The notes beneath the pieces were generated by a model that did no database searches, was not told the DNA's origin, and saw nothing but the letters and a program-made list of their open reading frames with translations. A DNA stretch of 56,936 nucleotides from assembly GCA_000934665.2 (NCBI GenBank), contig JYFJ02002443.1:1-56936 (forward strand). The letters run 5' to 3'. The DNA is from Catajapyx aquilonaris (taxonomy: Eukaryota). Shown piece by piece: positions 39,131-51,040 of this stretch. Every line of letters begins with the position of its first letter. Within the stretch, counting starts at the first letter, position 1. The position numbers and the translations under genes are program-made.

Positions 39131-40391
39131 TCAACAGAAAAGAGAATCGAGAAAGTCATTCATTTTTTCTTCCTCGTCCTTTTCCTCAACCTTAACCGGT
39201 CCTTTCCATAAGCTTTCACTGTCCATCTCCTCCGCTTTGTCCTCTTCCTTCGAGGTGCCTTCCTCCCCCGTGTCCATCCTGCGATCCCTCTTATCCTTCC
39301 CCTTCTTTTTAGATATCCGACCATCTTCATCCACACCTCGGAGAGGATCCTTTTTGGAAGAAGATCTGCGAGCTTGGCGGTGCTTATGGTGGGAGTTCAG
39401 CTTAGACGAACATCCCGGACACAACTCTGTAAGAACCAACGTTTCATTCGAGGCAAGTTATTTATCGACTTGAATTTAGTGCGCCGCTTACTAAGCTTGA
39501 CAAGTGCATTTTTCTTAGTGTCCCTCTCCTTGTAGCAAAAGTTGACTTCCCAGGAGGTGAGGGTGTTCGACTCGGTGCATCTCTTCTCCCCACAGACGAA
39601 CTGCCCTTTCCCGTCTATGACCTCCTGTTCCGTCCTCCACCTAAGCGCCAAGCGTTTGGTCTCGCGGTACTGGCTCAGGTCAGAGATGCAAAACTCCTTA
39701 AAGAGCTTATCGTAGTAACGCTTGGCCAGCCGTTTCTCCCAGCCCTGCGCATCCTCGTCCTCCTCCCACAGGAACTGGTGGTGCTCTCGAATCACATCTA
39801 TGTCACGCTTGTCACGGGAACTGCAATGAATTAGGATGAAATTCACGCAAAACGTTCGTGCCGCATTTGCACTCACGTGTCTCTGAGGGGTAGCTTCGCC
39901 TCCTTGCTGTACAGATAGTACGTATTGATAAGCTGCACATGCTTCTCGTACTCGGTAAGTCCTCGCCATTCCCAGTAGTTCCTCCGACCCTCCTTGTCCA
40001 CCTCCGCTCTGAAGAATGACTTCGACGCAACCCCTACGCCAGAAAGAAAATTGCAATGATACTAATTATGCCAAAATGTATGAAGTACCAATGTGTACAC
40101 AATGTTGATGAGTATGTCGCTTCATTGATAATTAATAAATTAATATCATAATTAGTTTCAGTTGTGAATTTTACACTCTTACGTTGTGGTTGAGGTCTGG
40201 CCGCCTTCTGAGCCAGATCCTGCCTCTTCTGCTTGGCTTCGTCTTCCTCCTCGTCTTCGAACGCATCGTCGTAACCCCCTGCATCGGCCTTAATCAGAAA
40301 ATGAGCCTGCTAATTGCCCTAATTACCTAAAAACAAGTAGTGTTAATCATCATTTTTCGCTCACCTTTGAGAAGTCCATGGGCGCCGCCAT
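39131..40391 (-). CDS. FRA10AC1: FRA10AC1 (folate-sensitive fragile site protein homolog, spliceosome-associated), 5 exons
   Basis: DKRDIDVIREHHQFLW, WEKRLAKRYYDKLFKEFCISDLS, LRWRTEQEVIDGKGQFVCG, SWEVNFCYKE..KKNALVKL|.LCPGCSSKLN and C-terminal DFLDSLF. Confidence 0.93.
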
Positions 40392-40817
40392 GTTGGATTT
40401 GTTCGGAACTTCAACCCGGATCCGTTAGATGGCAGTGCTTGCAAAGAGGCCTACCGTATATATTGCTGTACCGTATTTGGCCACTATAATAATTAGAAAA
40501 TCGTGTTAAAATTAGTATGATAATTTTTTGGTACATCTTTAAATAGCAATAATGACTCCAGCGGCGGGATATGAGATAATTCATATAAGACCTGCATTTC
40601 CTTTCTGAGATCAACCGCGACCTTCCTGTGTGCAAGTGATTGTGCAAAAAGGTCACAGTGGTTTTGAAGAAAGAGATGTTTGTTGCCAATTTATCTCCAC
40701 TGGGTTTCCACATTAATCACGGTGTGAGGAGTGGCTTATTTCTTGGAATGCAGTTCCAAGTGGCCTATATATGCCTGGAGCAAGAGCAGTTAAGAAAAGG
40801 AGAAGCAGGTGTCGATA

Positions 40818-43800
40818 ATGGGAAGGACCTATTGTGGCATGTTGTGGGATCTACTCAGTTTGGGGAGTGTTCCTAGAGAAGGGTGAATATAATTCATATC
40901 CAAACTGGATGTTGAAGCTATGGATTAATTTATTTCCAAATTAGTGTCAAAACCTTACATGCAAATTTTCAAAAGGTGGCCCACAGAAGTTGCGTTCATG
41001 CTGGTGATATCTTGGACCGATTCAAGTCGACATGGCTGCCTATGGACGACTTCACTGCTATTGAGCCAGCGGTGACACTGACACAGCCAGATGAAGAAGC
41101 TGAGGAAGTGGATACCAATGGAGAAGTGTTGTGGCCCAGTCTGGTCCCTCAGGTATGTAACATATGATTGTCATGTTTCAAAAGTTGCCAATGGATTGTG
41201 ATTTGAATATTTCAGTCAGATGACTTGTACTCTGAAGTTCTGCACACATTGGTACATATGATTGGCTGTGATGTGACTGACAAAAAGGACCAGGCTGGCC
41301 TCATATCACACCTGCAAAAGGCGTTTAACGTTGACAATGATGTGCATGAGAAATTGTTGCAAGCGACACGATGCAAGGAGGTATGTTGGTTGGGTAAATG
41401 CTTTCTAATCACTGGCTTTAGGATATGTATTAAATTAATTTTGAATTGATTTAATATCATGCTTTGCCGAAAAAGGAATATATTTTTTCATATGTATGGT
41501 GAGTCCTAAAAGTTATACTACCTGTGGAGCATATTATTATAATAATTTGATGGTGATGATAATAATGATTGACTATTATTCTGTCATGTAGGCACCTCAC
41601 TTGGAGCTCAAAGTGCAAGTTACAGAAGCAAGGAATTTGAGAAGCAAGGATGTTAATGGTGATTATCGTAATTACTTTATTAATTTTTACCTAGATATAA
41701 TTATCTAAATATGTTATTGTCTTGGTGGGTACAGATTCAAGCAATCCTTTCTGCATCTTGTCAATATCCAGTAACATTAACCATAATCAATCCACGTCTG
41801 TGAAACAAAACACGCTGTCACCAGTCTGGAAAGAAGATTTTTCATTGTGTGTATGTAACTAATTAATATTTTTTTCATAAGCTACTAACATATGTTACGT
41901 TTCAGCCCCATGACCATTGTTCAAGAGGATGTTTTACACATTGAAGTGCTGTGAGTATTCGGTTGTACTACCTCTAAAATACTATAAGATGAATGATGCA
42001 TTTTTTGATATGATTTTGATAATATTGGTCCGCAGGGATTATGATTATGAGGATACTGTTGTGGACAAATTGAAACGAATTGGTGATGTCAAATCACCTA
42101 GAGGCTTCAAAATATTAGTGAAGGAAGTTGCATTCTTTAATAAGTCAAGCCATAACTTTTTAGGCGCTGTGACAATTCCAACAAATGTGAGTAACCTTTA
42201 GTCAATAATTATATTGCATATGCAAATAACTTCAATTTACAGCAAAGACACTCTTTAATTCCAGTCCATACCAAGCACAGGTTTGGAGGAGTGGTTTCCT
42301 CTTCAAGGACAAACTAGGAAAAAAACAAGACACAGAGGCGAGATAAAACTGAAATTGAGATTGTGCACAGGAAAGGATAAGGATGAGGCACTGCAACAAT
42401 TCAGGCAATTGTTGCAACTTCTCCTGAGATACACCCTGACCTGCTCTGAAATTAAACGGCCGTACCAGTGGATCAACCAGTTTCCTCCGAAGACCACGAG
42501 GATCCTGTCACAACAGGCCTGTCACGGAAACTTAAGCGACACTGACATTGCCTTAGCCAAGTGGACAGTGTACAGCGAGGTCCACTTGAAGCATCATCTT
42601 AACTACCAAGTGTTTAATCTGCTGCTGGAGAAGCTGCAAAAGCCAATCCAGGATGGAAAGCTCACTGAAGATGAGGTCGGGTTTTTTATACTGTATATAA
42701 TGCTTGCAGTTTTCTAGTCTAGTAAAACATTGCCTTCTGCGCAGGAATTGAGATTTTGGACTGCAGCAAACATGCTGGTTAATGAGACTATGATTTTTAT
42801 AAAACGACTTCACCACCAAAGTGCACGTGCGACCAAACTTGCTTGCATCCAACTGCATGAAGCACTGAAGTAAGCATTTATTTTTAAACATGTTATGTAT
42901 TTATTTGCATTAATGACTTTAATTTTTCTTTAGGACCATGGCGACTTTGATCATGTATCTTCCTGAGGAATGGACTGATTCTTCAATAAACTGGAATGTG
43001 AGGCCAGTGTGCAAAATTTATCAGAAAATTAGAGATGCAGCGAAGACAGGAGCTGAGGAATTGTGAGATACATGACTGTTTTTTTAAATTACATATTTTG
43101 AATGTAAAAAAACTAATATCGCAATTACAGCTTAGACAGCATTTTCGAGAAGAACCCCTTGACCTCTGAAATTGATAAGCCAAAACTGAACGAGCTGCTC
43201 AACATTGTCAGGCTTGTGACAGCTGATCTTCGCCGGACTAAACAGTCATATCGCTGCATATTTTATGAGTGAGTTGAGATGTCATTTTCATGTGGTATAG
43301 CATCAAGACAATTCAATGACCTATCATTAAATCTATAGGCTGTTGGATGTGGATTATTTTGCCATCATTTGCGCTGTGTATGACAGCAAAATCACTCCTT
43401 TAATCAAATCTCTGGTGATGGACATATGCAACAAACTGAAACCACTCTCTTTAAACGAGAGCAAGATTTCTCTGGACTCGTTTTACAAAACCCAGCTACA
43501 GATGAGCATGGGTCTGTTCACTCTGTACCAGGATCTGCTTGTGGCCAGGATGAGTTCCTGCCAGGAAAATGCGCAGGACTTTTACGAATGGTTCAAGCAA
43601 GGTGTGGCCATATGGTTGGACATTGCCCATCTTCAAGCTAAGACATACATAGTCAGAGCAGTGCAGAAAGACACGATGGTCACAGTGGATGAACATGTCA
43701 AGCACAGCTCCTCTGCAGTTGATACAATCATTATTTTACATCAGGCAAGCTTAGTAAATTTTGCTAGCAGAAATTCATGTAATTTGCATAATTTTTCCAT

Positions 43801-45585
43801 GTAGTTACAGATTAAAACGTTTTGGACTCAGATTGAGACATGGCCTGATTTGGAATGCAGGTACACATTTGCAACCAAGATAATTGATGTAAGTACTGAT
43901 TCACTATTAAATGCATGTCTCGCAATGTGTGCATTTGTAAAATAATAATTTTTGTAATTCAGGATCTGTCCCAATGCTTGACCCACTATTGCAAACTGAT
44001 GTGGGAAAGGATGCGAGATTTCCAGATTAAATCTGGAAGGTATGCAGTGATTAGAGAGTTGGGATTGGCCATCAACAACATGGATTTTGTCCAGGACGCA
44101 TTGAGGCCAAACACCAACATCCTGGAGCTGGAAGGTCTAATAGACACACTCGCAGAAAGGGACGGACAAGAAAAAGCACAACAACATATTGCTTACATTC
44201 TGGGAGGAATAGAGAAGCAGATCCAACGCAGGATGGATTATGTTGGACAAATGGTTTGTGTTTCTTTAAAAAGTTAATTGTTAATCAATAATTTCGAATT
44301 AATTACAGATGGCCCGAGAGGTGTACAAGTTCATGTCTGAAGGCGCTACTCTTGGAAATGATGTTGACGGACTCATAGCTTATTTGTCTTCAAACTGGAA
44401 CAATCTTCACTATTACGTTAACAAAAAGAGGAGTGAATATTTTTTTGCGATTCTCTGGGCAAATGTCTTGCATGTTATTTTGTACCTCATCAATAACAAC
44501 CTATATGTAAGTCTATAGAATTTTTGAATGAATTATCTCATGAAACTCTCACCAGAAGTCAAATGAAAATCCAGTCTAATATTACAGCAGTTTTGACACA
44601 TTTAATCGTATTTTGTTGTCCCACAGAACCAACGCTCACCTTCATTCTTCAAGAACATCCATGAAGCCGTGAGAGTCTTGATAAACTTTTTTGAAGCAGA
44701 CCCAATGGAGAAGTCCCTGCAAAAGATTCAGAATGTTCTTCTAATTCATGGTATGGACACTTGGGACATCATACAGGCCTACCATCACCAGAGGCATCAT
44801 GAACAGGAAGACATGGCACATTCCGAACATGGAACGATAGCAGTGAAGGCTCATATATGTGGCAACCATCTGAAGATAGAGGTCATGAACGCCGGTCAGA
44901 TCAGGCCAGTGGATTCCAGTGGTGAGTTTTGCAGATTCAGCTGCATTGTTGATAGTCGTCTGAGAAAAGTAATTATCAAACTCGTCGCCTCCTATAGGTA
45001 GTTGTAATCCGTACGTACAAATCACATTAGTACCTGAAGGAAGATTTTCAGCAAAATGCCAGAAAATGAAGACGAGAGTGCAAAAAGAGTACTATCTCCA
45101 CCCTCTGTTTGAGGAAAGCTTTTCCATGTGAGTTCGTAACAACAATACAGTGTGCTCATTGATAATGTTTATAAAAAATGTGTTTACAATATGCAGCCCG
45201 CTAATACCTGAAGAAATGAGCATGAAGGGCAACTTCATCATGTTTACATTGAAGCACAGTGGGCTATTGGGTTGTAGAGGACTCTTCAGGACGGAGAGAT
45301 GCAGCCGATTCATGGCAGAGGCTTACTTGCCAATTGATACTATTCCAAGGACAGATGGTACAGGATTATTTCAGGATTTAGAACCGGTTGTTCTGGCCTT
45401 GTCGCAGCCCACACCACATGGTGAGACAATGTTGAGGCGACATAACGAGCGGAAATTTAAATTGGTAAAAAATTACAGATTCTGTGCTCCTGAAAGTGCT
45501 GCAAAGTCGAGAGAAGTGGGATCACGTGGCAAGGGACTTCCTAAAAAATCGGATGAAAAACATGTCACAAAGGAATATAGCCTGA
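40818..45585 (+). CDS. Munc13-4/BAIAP3-like protein, copy B (divergent tandem paralog, reading frame intact)
   Basis: Exon-for-exon homology to copy A with the same intron phases. Starts MGRTYCGMLWDLLSLGSVPREG (40818-40882) and ends ...KNMSQRNIA*. No frameshift or premature stop found in the exons traced. Confidence 0.88.
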
Positions 45586-45724
45586 ATATTTCCATAGTGT
45601 ATGTGCACCATTAAATTGCTTTGTATGTCCATATTCAGTTTTTTTTTTTCAAATCGTACGTTATTCCCTAATAGTGAGCACAAAAAATTTTTTTACGCGC
45701 TTACATGTTGGCTACATTCTCTAC

Positions 45725-45738
45725 GATTGCTAGGCAAC
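45725..45738. promoter_or_regulatory. RFX X-box-like motif upstream of DPCD
   Basis: Reverse strand reads GTTGCCTAGCAATC, about 55 bp upstream of the ATG. Confidence 0.6.
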
Positions 45739-45791
45739 ATGCTATTGGCACCCCCTTGTTTATTTTGGAATTTTATTTGGAAGCGGGAAGC

Positions 45792-46754
45792 ATGGCGTGG
45801 CTCGCATCCTTGAAGGAGGCGAAGAAATCTGTGGTCGTGGAAAATGGTGAGTGTTCAACTGCTGGTTAAAAAAAAAACACTGGTACGTAATCCGCGCAAT
45901 TGACCCGTAAAACTATTTTGCGGAGTTCGGACCAGGTTTTGCAGGTATTGTTCCTTCTGGATCCTTCCATAGTTGTTTGATCAATAACTCTTGCCTTTCA
46001 TGCTCCTCATACATTGGGACCAGTTGCTATGGATCGCTTCTTTTTTTTTTGAACCACCCTGTAATGCTGTTGTGTGTTTCAGGCGTGCAAAAGGTGCACT
46101 ATTTGTTCCCTGATGGGAGCGACATGATGGAGGACTATGACGAGAAGACCAACCTTCTGATCTTGAGGGCACGGCGACAGAGGCATCCCATAAGGGGCAC
46201 CGCTGTAGTCGAGGTGGAAGTCGGCGAGATGTCCGGATCTAGAAAGATGACCGAGTTGGACGAACTGGACATCAGACAGACAGTCGGACAGGTAAAACAC
46301 TTGTAATGCAAAGTGAGTGCACAGTCTTATTTGTCTTATTAATCGCAGCCGCACATGATACGTCGCGACAATGTGTTCTCGTTCGAATGGAGGATCCGAA
46401 ACCTTCCGTACAAGCCGGACAACTTCATTGTCACAGCAGACAACGTCAAGAAGTGCCTGGAGGTTCGGACCAAGAATAGGAAGTTCTACAAGCAGATCAG
46501 GATACCGGATATGGACAGGGTAGGAGCCGCATACAAGCAGGAGAAGATCAGTTTCCTGCACAAGAACAACACCCTCATCATCTCCGTGAGTTATATACCT
46601 CGATTAGCAATGTCTTCTTTGAGCTGAGCTTGTTGGTTCATGTTGGCAGTATGAAAAGCCAGGAGAGGTTATGCAGCTGGAGAGAGAGGTTAAGACAATG
46701 CTGGCTTCGATCAAGGGTACAGGAAGAGGAAACAGCGAGTGTAAGACCAACTGA
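45792..46754 (+). CDS. DPCD: DPCD protein (deleted in primary ciliary dyskinesia; RUVBL/R2TP-associated), 4 exons
   Basis: MAWLASLKEAKKS...G|VQKVHYLFPDGSDMMEDYDEKT, FEWRIRNLPY, VRTKNRKFYKQIRIPDMDR and HKNNTLIIS|YEKP...ECKTN*. Confidence 0.93.
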
Positions 46755-49445
46755 GAGCTGTAGGATGTCTTTCGTAAGGAACGGCATTGGGATTAAATCA
46801 CGAACGAATTTTCCTGCAGTCAAATGTTTATTTCTTTTCAGGAGCAGGGAGGTGCAGGAAGTTCCACCATTTTGCATTTTTTTTAAAAAAAAGGAGACGA
46901 AATCGAGGTGACATCTGCACACATGCCCTGGATTCGCACATGAACGGCAGGACCAAAATTTTCCTGCCAATATTCCTGTTTTTTTTGTGTTGTCAAATGC
47001 CAGCCAATAAGCCCGCATTAAATTTCTTTCGTGTAATCGTGGAATGTCTTTTTTTTGTCTCAGCATGTGTGGGACGAATAGCCCCTGCTTATTTTCAGTG
47101 TTCAGTTCAGCCTGGTGTTGGGAATATGGCTGTGGCGACAGCTATCCGAGGTCTGTTTTGTGGCTTGCCAAAGGTAGGTGTGGGAATGTCCGATGCAGGG
47201 AATGCACTGCAAAAGAGTGTTGTTACCTTTTTTTTTTTGCGGAACTGTGGCTGGTATAGGATACAGTCGTGTACTACCTGCACAGTGTATCTGCTGCATG
47301 CAAAATATCTCCCCACAAGTGTAGTATCTTTTTTGAGGTTGGGATACCGCCTTAAGTTTCTGGCAGAATTTTAAAGAGCGTACTGTAATCTGCCTGACAT
47401 ATTTTGGCTGCGCAAAGTTACTGTACCCAGAGCTGCTGTCACTTATAGAGATTCCTCTGAGAAAAATGTTGGTAGTATAAAATAATGCATTATGTGGAAT
47501 ACTGCACTGTATATAGAAATTAAATTGCAGGTATGTGTACCAGTTTGGTTGATCATGTGGTATTATTATCTGAATTGCAAATAATACCTAGAATATTATT
47601 TATAGTTGGCCTCCAAACCGCAACGCCCACTCTCAAGTTAGTTTAATGTAAACATTGCGGTGGAGATGACCTCATAATGTACTGTATTGCCTTGGAGGGG
47701 GGGAAAAAGGTGTCGCTGTAATTGCAATTGTTGTTGAACTATATATGCATCATCAGTTTTACCCCCGGTTTAATCTTAAAAATCCTAATTCCCTCCCTGC
47801 ATGCAGATCAGGGCAGAACTGCTGTCCATTCCGGTGCAGACTCCAGAGGACCAGAAGCTTAGGCGTGCCACATGAAAGATTAATTCGTGCAGTGTGTTAC
47901 TGGCAACGAATAGAGTGGCACAGGTTCTTCCTCATTTACAGCTATCCTCTCAGGAGTTGGTTCAGTGGAGCCATTTTGATCCGGCTGCTTGTTATGCATT
48001 GAGTAATAATTATCCGCAGTAATTACCTGCTGCTGCTGCACTGTACACGGGAATAAGGGACCGCATCCGACCCTCTCTTTTTTTTTGGTATGTTGCGAGT
48101 GCTGCTGGCCATGCAACTAGGACAGTAAGTCGCATCAGACCGAATTAACCCAGGTGAGGAAATGTTCCCGGGGAGAGGGGGAAGAAGCGACAATCCTAAC
48201 CATGACTAATCACACTTATGAAGCAGTTAGCCCGCACTCTTTTTTTGTGTGTGTGAGTGTGTGTCCGGATGCGTATGTAGATGTGTGGCCAAACCCCTAT
48301 ACTCCCACAACTTTCTTGCATAGGTGCCAAGGGCTTGATATGAGCAGAGGGGTTAGGAGTAGAGGGGGGGGGGGCGTATACATAACAAATGCAGCTCATT
48401 ATGCTTCCAACCTGCTTTGTCATGTAATCACATTGTGCAATATAGTTGTTGGGAGGGTCCAGCGGATTATACAGGAGTGGGCTATATAGCCAAGAGTCCA
48501 CATTCGCAATTTGGAAAGGGTTGGGTGCATGTTTGGACCAGCTTTCTGCCTTTTCCTCTCTTCTCTCTCTTTTTTTTAAACCCTCTCCTGAGCATCTCTC
48601 TCTCCGAGTTCTCCTCTTTTGCCATGCAGAGCACGTCTGTATTACTGCCGTCGTCATAGCCTATAAACTGGGGGCTTCATGTCATCTCCCAAGTGTGACA
48701 TTGAAAGTTGACAACTGCAGAATGGAGTATGGAATGATTTCCTAACTTCACATGCGCATTTCATTTCACATCCTGGTAAGCGCGAGGTGAGGAAGATTCT
48801 TCCTCTCTTTTTTTTCTCTCTCTTTCTCCAAGCTTCCCCTCCTCTCTCCCCCTCACCTTCCCCCCTTTTATTCTCTCTCTCTCTCTCTCAGAGAGAAACC
48901 TGCGATGTCGTCAGGGATGGGATGACAAGATGGCTGACTGAGGTTGTCCTTCAGTCTGCTGTTGGATTAGGAAATTGATGCGAGGGAATAATTAGGAGTT
49001 ACAGGTTCTGCTCAGTAGATTGTTTTTTGTGCCGGATGACGTTTCATAACCGGATTTTTTTTGTCAGAACCAATTAAAAGAGTGTACTGTACACTCATTT
49101 TAATCCAGTAAAAGTCATAACATATACGCTAGTAGTTTTAAATGATTCACTCTGAGAAAAAAAAACTCGTTTCTCTCACTGGGTGTGGGGGTGGGAAGGG
49201 AGCGATGTAGACCTTCCGGCCGGAAGCCTCCCACCCACCAGAGGCGCTGCCTCCACCTCCCATTGCGCCTGCGCAGAACGGGCGCCAATCGGAAGCGTCG
49301 CGGTAACACTATATGGCATACCGTATAACTGAGAGCATTTCCACGCAAAAACAGACATATTGTCCGTTCGTTACGCAGGTTTTGCAGATATGAACTAGCG
49401 TATTTTATTGTAACAATACACACACACACACACACACACACACAC

Positions 49446-49721
49446 CCATGTTATAAAGTGCTATCCTTGTGAGGGTCTGGCAAAAATAAAAATTTAAAAC
49501 TAACCTAACCTAACCTAACCTAACCTAACCTACAAAATACACACGAAATTTTGGTGACCTATTTTTTCACAGTAAAAAGGATGTCTTGGTTTGATTTTCC
49601 GCCATCCTTGTGAGGACTGTGTACGTTATGAGGGCCTGAAAAAAGTCCTCGTAAGGTTTTCGGTCCTCACAAGGATAGGAAACTTGCGAAAAATATCCTC
49701 ACAAGGATAGCAATGTCTGAC
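49446..49721. mobile_element. CA-microsatellite-inserted element 1 with subterminal inverted repeats and a (CCTAA)n tract
   Basis: TGCTATCCTTGTGAGG 49459-49474 / CCTCACAAGGATAGCA 49697-49712. (TAACC)6 near 49501. Flanked by (CA)n on both sides. Confidence 0.75.
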
Positions 49722-49738
49722 CACACACACACACACAC

Positions 49739-50095
49739 TCTTGTCTTGACTAAGGCGTGGGGACGGACATTGACCACTTTTCACTGCGAGTGTAAACTGA
49801 TCTAAACTGATCTAAACTGATCTAAACTGATCTAACCTAACCTAACCTAACCTAACCTAACCTAACCTACCCTACCCTAAGTAACCTAGGCTGAGAAAAA
49901 TGGACTTTTGTGAAACCCTACAAATGAAAATAGTGGGGACATGTCCCCACTAATTTACACATGTCCCCACTGTAATGGTACACTTCGTGTGTGTGAGACT
50001 GTGGGGACCGACAAATGCCCCCACATTTGGAACTGGTCCCCACAGCTACAGTAAAACCACAGACTTCCGTCCCCAGACCTTAGTCAAGACCTGAT
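49739..50095. mobile_element. CA-microsatellite-inserted element 2 with subterminal inverted repeats, (TAAACTGATC)4 and (CCTAA)n
   Basis: GTCTTGACTAAGGCGTGGGGACGGA 49743-49767 / TCCGTCCCCAGACCTTAGTCAAGAC 50066-50090. Internal GTGGGGAC/GTCCCCAC repeats. Flanked by CA repeats. Confidence 0.75.
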
Positions 50096-51004
50096 CACAC
50101 ATTGCATGAAATACTGCAAAACCTGCGCAACGAACGGACAATATGTCTGTGTTTGCGCGGAAATGCCCACAACACGAATAATATTTTAAATATTATAGAC
50201 AGAGTGTTCAAATTTATCTGAGAATAGCCTGCCTGCTGTAGTAATGAAGCCTTCCAACGCAATTTCACACTGTAAATAGCTGTATCACTTGATTCTATAG
50301 ACGAAACCGTTTCTCAACCCTGCCAATTCAGCCAATAATGATTTCAAAGGCCACTTTTTTCTGAATAGACAGTTCCGGGATGGCGTGTGTCACGACCTCG
50401 CACAAAAGGGAGCATAAATCACCACAGGGGGAAGACTACAATGCCCTGAGAGAAAAAAACAACAAGGCTGTCATCTGACTCGAAGCAATTGAAAAATCTG
50501 TTAGAGCTCCCCATTTTACCTTAAGATTGAATCTTTTTTTTTGAGGGGGTGGAAAAACTGAAGGTAGATACCATTGGACCTTCATCCCATCCCTGATCCT
50601 GTGTGTCTCTCTCTCCTTTTTCTCTCTTTTATATACCATCCTCCTATTCCTACTACTCTTTCCCTCCACCATTTATTTCGGGCTCGGAATCCAAATGTCC
50701 CTCCGTATTTCATTTGCATAGGAGGGAGGGACGGAGAGGGAAGGAGAAAAAAAATGGTTGGGAGGGTGGGGAGGAAGAGAAGAAAAAAAAAAATCAGACA
50801 CCTGTGAGATGAAAGTCCGGGCCGCTTCGTCTCCCAGGGCGTTTGTATTTCTTGCTTCCAAATAGCGGCATGTCAGGCTCGCAGTTAATGGAAAGGAAGA
50901 ACAAAATAACATCTCATTTAGGACTTGCAAAGAAGAAGAAGAAGAAAAAAACAGGTGGATTGTCACCCTCCAACAAAGCAAGGAAAACGAAGGAAATGGG
51001 TATA

Positions 51005-51040
51005 AAGAAGAAGAAGAAGAAGAAGAAGAAGAAGAAGAAG
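51005..51040. repeat. (AAG)n microsatellite
   Basis: About 12 perfect AAG units. Confidence 0.95.

Larger units (their letters stand above)
49333..50168. mobile_element. Non-autonomous TIR element (53-bp TIRs, 3 mismatches) hosting a CA microsatellite and two nested elements
   Basis: 49335-49387 is the inverted repeat of 50114-50166. No clear TSD. Confidence 0.75.

Noticed and set aside
46638..47374. 195-aa (+) and 142-aa (-) ORFs after DPCD
   Set aside because: Non-ATG starts, poly-T/A-derived composition, overlap with the DPCD 3' region and no family resemblance.
48929..48963. Hairpin GATGGCTGACTGAGG/CTTCAGTCTGCTGTT as a miRNA precursor
   Set aside because: Stem too short for a pre-miRNA and no recognisable mature miRNA.
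49500..49870. (CCTAA)n tracts as a chromosome end or telomerase RNA template
   Set aside because: Short tracts internal to dispersed elements, with unique sequence continuing on both sides.
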